In this document: piece by piece, positions 61,195 to 64,000 of the stretch
Layout of the letters: each line of letters begins with the position of its first letter
How positions within the stretch are numbered: the first letter of the stretch is position 1
Source of the DNA: Macrostomum hystrix
Taxonomy: Eukaryota; Animalia; Platyhelminthes
Length of the DNA stretch: 64,000 bases
Direction of reading: 5' to 3'
NCBI GenBank assembly: GCA_950097015.1
Contig: CATNEN010000037.1
Location: 2,852,001 to 2,916,000 of the forward strand
Translations under genes and position numbers: made by a program
The notes under the pieces: model-generated
Told to the model about the DNA's origin: nothing
Seen by the model: the letters and a program-made list of their open reading frames with translations, nothing else
Databases searched by the model: none

Positions 61195-61370
61195 CTTTCT
61201 CGTAGGGTGGATGTAGACTGGTCAGGTAGGGTGGATGTAGACTGGTCAGGTAGGGTGGATGTAGACTCTTCAGGTAGGGTGGATGTAGACTCTTCAGGTA
61301 GGGTGGATGTAGACTCTTCAGGTAGGGTGGATGTAGACTCTTCAGGTAGCGTGGAGGAAGGCTCTTCAGT
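61195..61370. repeat. 24-bp repeat GGTAGGGTGGATGTAGACT(CTT/GGT)CA, about 7 copies
   Basis: Directly visible, downstream of eIF4E. Confidence 0.9.
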
Positions 61371-61634
61371 AAGGGCGAGTAAGTAAGAAAGAAATTATTA
61401 GTAATAATTAATGTCGCTTCTTATCCTGCTATAATCAACCGATTTCATAAAACAGTTACCCGCTATGGTGGCAAATCGAATAAGACTTCGAGCAAAAACT
61501 ATTTTGTGGAACAGAATCAAAATCAAAAGACCCTATGTTGACTGAGCTAATGAAACATTAAAGCTAGTTAGGAGAATTGAAAAGACAGACGAAGGACACA
61601 AAGGGCCAGGACCTGGAGGGAGGGCGGACGCACT

Positions 61635-63947
61635 CTACACGACGTAGGTAGACTTGGCCATGCTGGAGCTCTTCTGCTCCTGATCGACGTGAGTCTGGTA
61701 GGCAATCTGGATGTTGTCGGGTATCTGCAGGGCTTGTTTCAGCCGGCGTCCGATATTAGTGCAGGCGTCCCTATTGACTGCGGTGCGAGTCCACACAGAC
61801 AGTTTGTCCTGCTTGGCGCGGATCTGTACTATTGCGCCGCAAACTTCATCGGAATCGTCGTCGAAGCCTTCGCCAATGAGCAACAATAGTGTCTCAATCC
61901 AGAAGCTGTCCATGCTTAGGTTGCGCTTGGTCTTGTCCAGAGTGATTAGCCAACGACCGCCCTTCAGATTGTTCGGGTCCTCCCACATCGGGTTGATGCC
62001 CTCCTTGAACAACGAGTAGTCGCAGCCAACTGGCAGCTTGCTGGCCGGCTGGATGTGATTAAACAGGGCCCAGAAGTCTTCCACAAAGCCGAAGCTGGTC
62101 ACCTGCTTCTGGTTCTCGTTCCAGGTCTTGTGCCGGTCGTTCTTGAAGAACCAAAGAGTCCAGCTAAAATGCAACGGGAGATTTTAGTAGGCCATTAATA
62201 GAAGATAAAGATAGAAATGACACTTGATCCATATAGGCTAGTTGTACAACCGGCAATGACCCAGCCGAAGAGCAAATTCGCGATCCGCGAAATCATTCAC
62301 TGCGCCGCGTATCTAAAGCCTGAGTAAAGTAGTTAAAATTATTCTCCTAGCTGACACCATTTTAAAGCTGGACAATTCAAGCCATTGGAAATTTTTTCTC
62401 TGGCTTAATAGGGTGGATAAATAGTTTCCCTAGTCCCCAGAACTAAAAAGTAACATTCGCTAGAAAGTCATTACAAGGAGGTGACGTCAATTGGACGGCG
62501 CACTTTTAATAATTCTTAAGCCATTTTAGCTACATTATAGCAGAAGAGAAGAAGCCATTTGGTTGCATGGGTGAGCGAGCTAGTGGAATATTTTCCGCGT
62601 AGGCGGGGCTGTCCTTTCTTGTACAGCGGTTTTCACGCGACAGTTGAAATGCATTTGGCCAGTAAATTTATTTTCCTTATACCGATAGCTGTTAGAGGCT
62701 AGTTGGCAAGCCAAAGGCTTCCATGGAAAATCGATAAGATACACTGTACAAAACAGTTTTCTGAATTTGAGCCTGTTTGACAGCCAGAAGCACTAGTATG
62801 CGCGCAAATTTGGTGTACAAAAAACCTTTACAATATAGAAAAGCATTTAGTATAGGTGGATTGCACTAGTTACATTTGTGATTGATATTCATAATGCCAT
62901 CATGAAGTCATACAGTTTGTACGATAGCCAGAAAAAATTGTTTCTTTAAAAAGATAGAAATCAGACTGTTCTCCCAATATAACGGGAAGCTAGCATGGTA
63001 GAAGACAGGCTGAAAAGAGTCACGACCTTCGTTTAGATGAGGGGTCGGCAATCTCCGGCCCGCAGGCCAGATGCGGCCCTCGAAGCTTCCAAATCCGGCC
63101 CTTAGCTCCTCCTAACACCCTCTACAGTACACCCTATCTCATCTCTCCCCTTTTTCATCTCTCCCCTGTCTCATCTCTCTTGCGTCTTATCTCCCCCGTC
63201 TCATCTCTCATCTGTTTCATCTCTCACCTGTCTGATCTCTCCTGTGTCTCATCTCTCCCCTTTCTTCATGCGGCCCGCCGTCATCTTCAAGATTCTCTCT
63301 ATAGCCCGCGGGGTATATAAGGTTGCCGACCCCTGGTTTAGATCTGCCATATTTAAACGAAGAATTGTGTTGTTATTAAACTTTAAATTAAGCAGCACAT
63401 ACCACCCGATCAGTTACAGAGGTTAGAAAGTAGACTTCAGACTTGTTTGCGAAGTAGAACAATGGAATTTCAAGAAGGTAGCACGAACAAGCACACAGGC
63501 AGACTAGCAAAGACAGGTAGAGAGAGGGAGTAAGTAACAAATGACGTGCAATATGTGCAGACGGAATGCAAATCTCTAGTAGAGTCTAAAAAACAAAACA
63601 ATAAAAAACTGTCGTGAATAGTAATATACATTAAAGATGTACTTCTAACCTCCTAATATTTTCATAACACGTTTTGTTTGTCTGGAAATTATGCTAATTT
63701 CATGGGAAATAAGTACAACATTACGATACACGAACCCTAAGCCGACACAAATAAATTGGTCTTACCGGTTGTGTAGCGGATGCTTATCCGGCATCTGAGC
63801 TGTCTCACTTCCACCACCGCCGTTAATGTCGACAGCGGGCGAGGCCTCGTCCGAATCGCCCAGAGATTTGGCGTCTTTTAAAGCCTTGGTGGAATCTTCT
63901 CCTTGAGACGCTTGAGTTGAATAGTTCGCTTCATTCTCAGTGGCCAT
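61635..63947 (-). CDS. EIF4E: Class I cap-binding eIF4E; exons 63947-63766 and 62163-61635; 236 aa
   Basis: KHPLHNR|WTLWFFKNDRHKTW, VEDFW, PMWED, GGRW, FWIETLL and LSVW give all eight conserved Trp; phase-2 intron CG|gtaaga...ttttag|C. Confidence 0.95.
63039..63334. mobile_element. hAT (Buster/Charlie-like) MITE, 296 bp, in the eIF4E intron
   Basis: TIRs (G)AGGGGTCGGCAA...TTGCCGACCCCT(G), exact 8-bp TSD GTTTAGAT with central TA at 63031-63038 and 63335-63342, and GGCCC subterminal motifs. Confidence 0.93.
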
Positions 63948-64000
63948 GTTTGTCAGCTTTAATTTCTATATTTCTTGTATCTTTTTTCGAAATTATTGAA

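Overview
This is eukaryotic animal DNA with compact GC-rich exons, short GT-AG introns and many intronic minisatellites. The style resembles a free-living flatworm such as Macrostomum, but that is an inference. Host genes reconstructed by hand: the last exon of a FYVE-finger gene, a 4-exon DHHC palmitoyltransferase, ENSA/ARPP19, a frameshifted oligoribonuclease (REXO2), a complete 23-exon TRPA1-like channel (about 1101 aa, minus strand), a damaged inverted TRPA paralog, a divergent bestrophin, ZFR (6 exons, 963 aa), an orphan membrane-protein ORF and a class I eIF4E. Mobile DNA: two tRNA-derived SINE families, a LINE 3' fragment, an internally deleted mariner, a hAT MITE, a 4.46-kb foldback element with a target-site duplication that encloses an LTR-PBS-gag fragment, and a 3.7-kb segment with long inverted repeats that encloses both an IS630/Tc1-like DDE transposase and a Crypton-type tyrosine recombinase. 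The best leads are that DDE plus tyrosine-recombinase composite, the gag-carrying foldback, an apparent gene-conversion tract between the two TRPA paralogs, an AP-1-site minisatellite upstream of TRPA1 and a long hairpin in ZFR intron 1. All coordinates, splice phases and alignments were done by eye, with no database searches.
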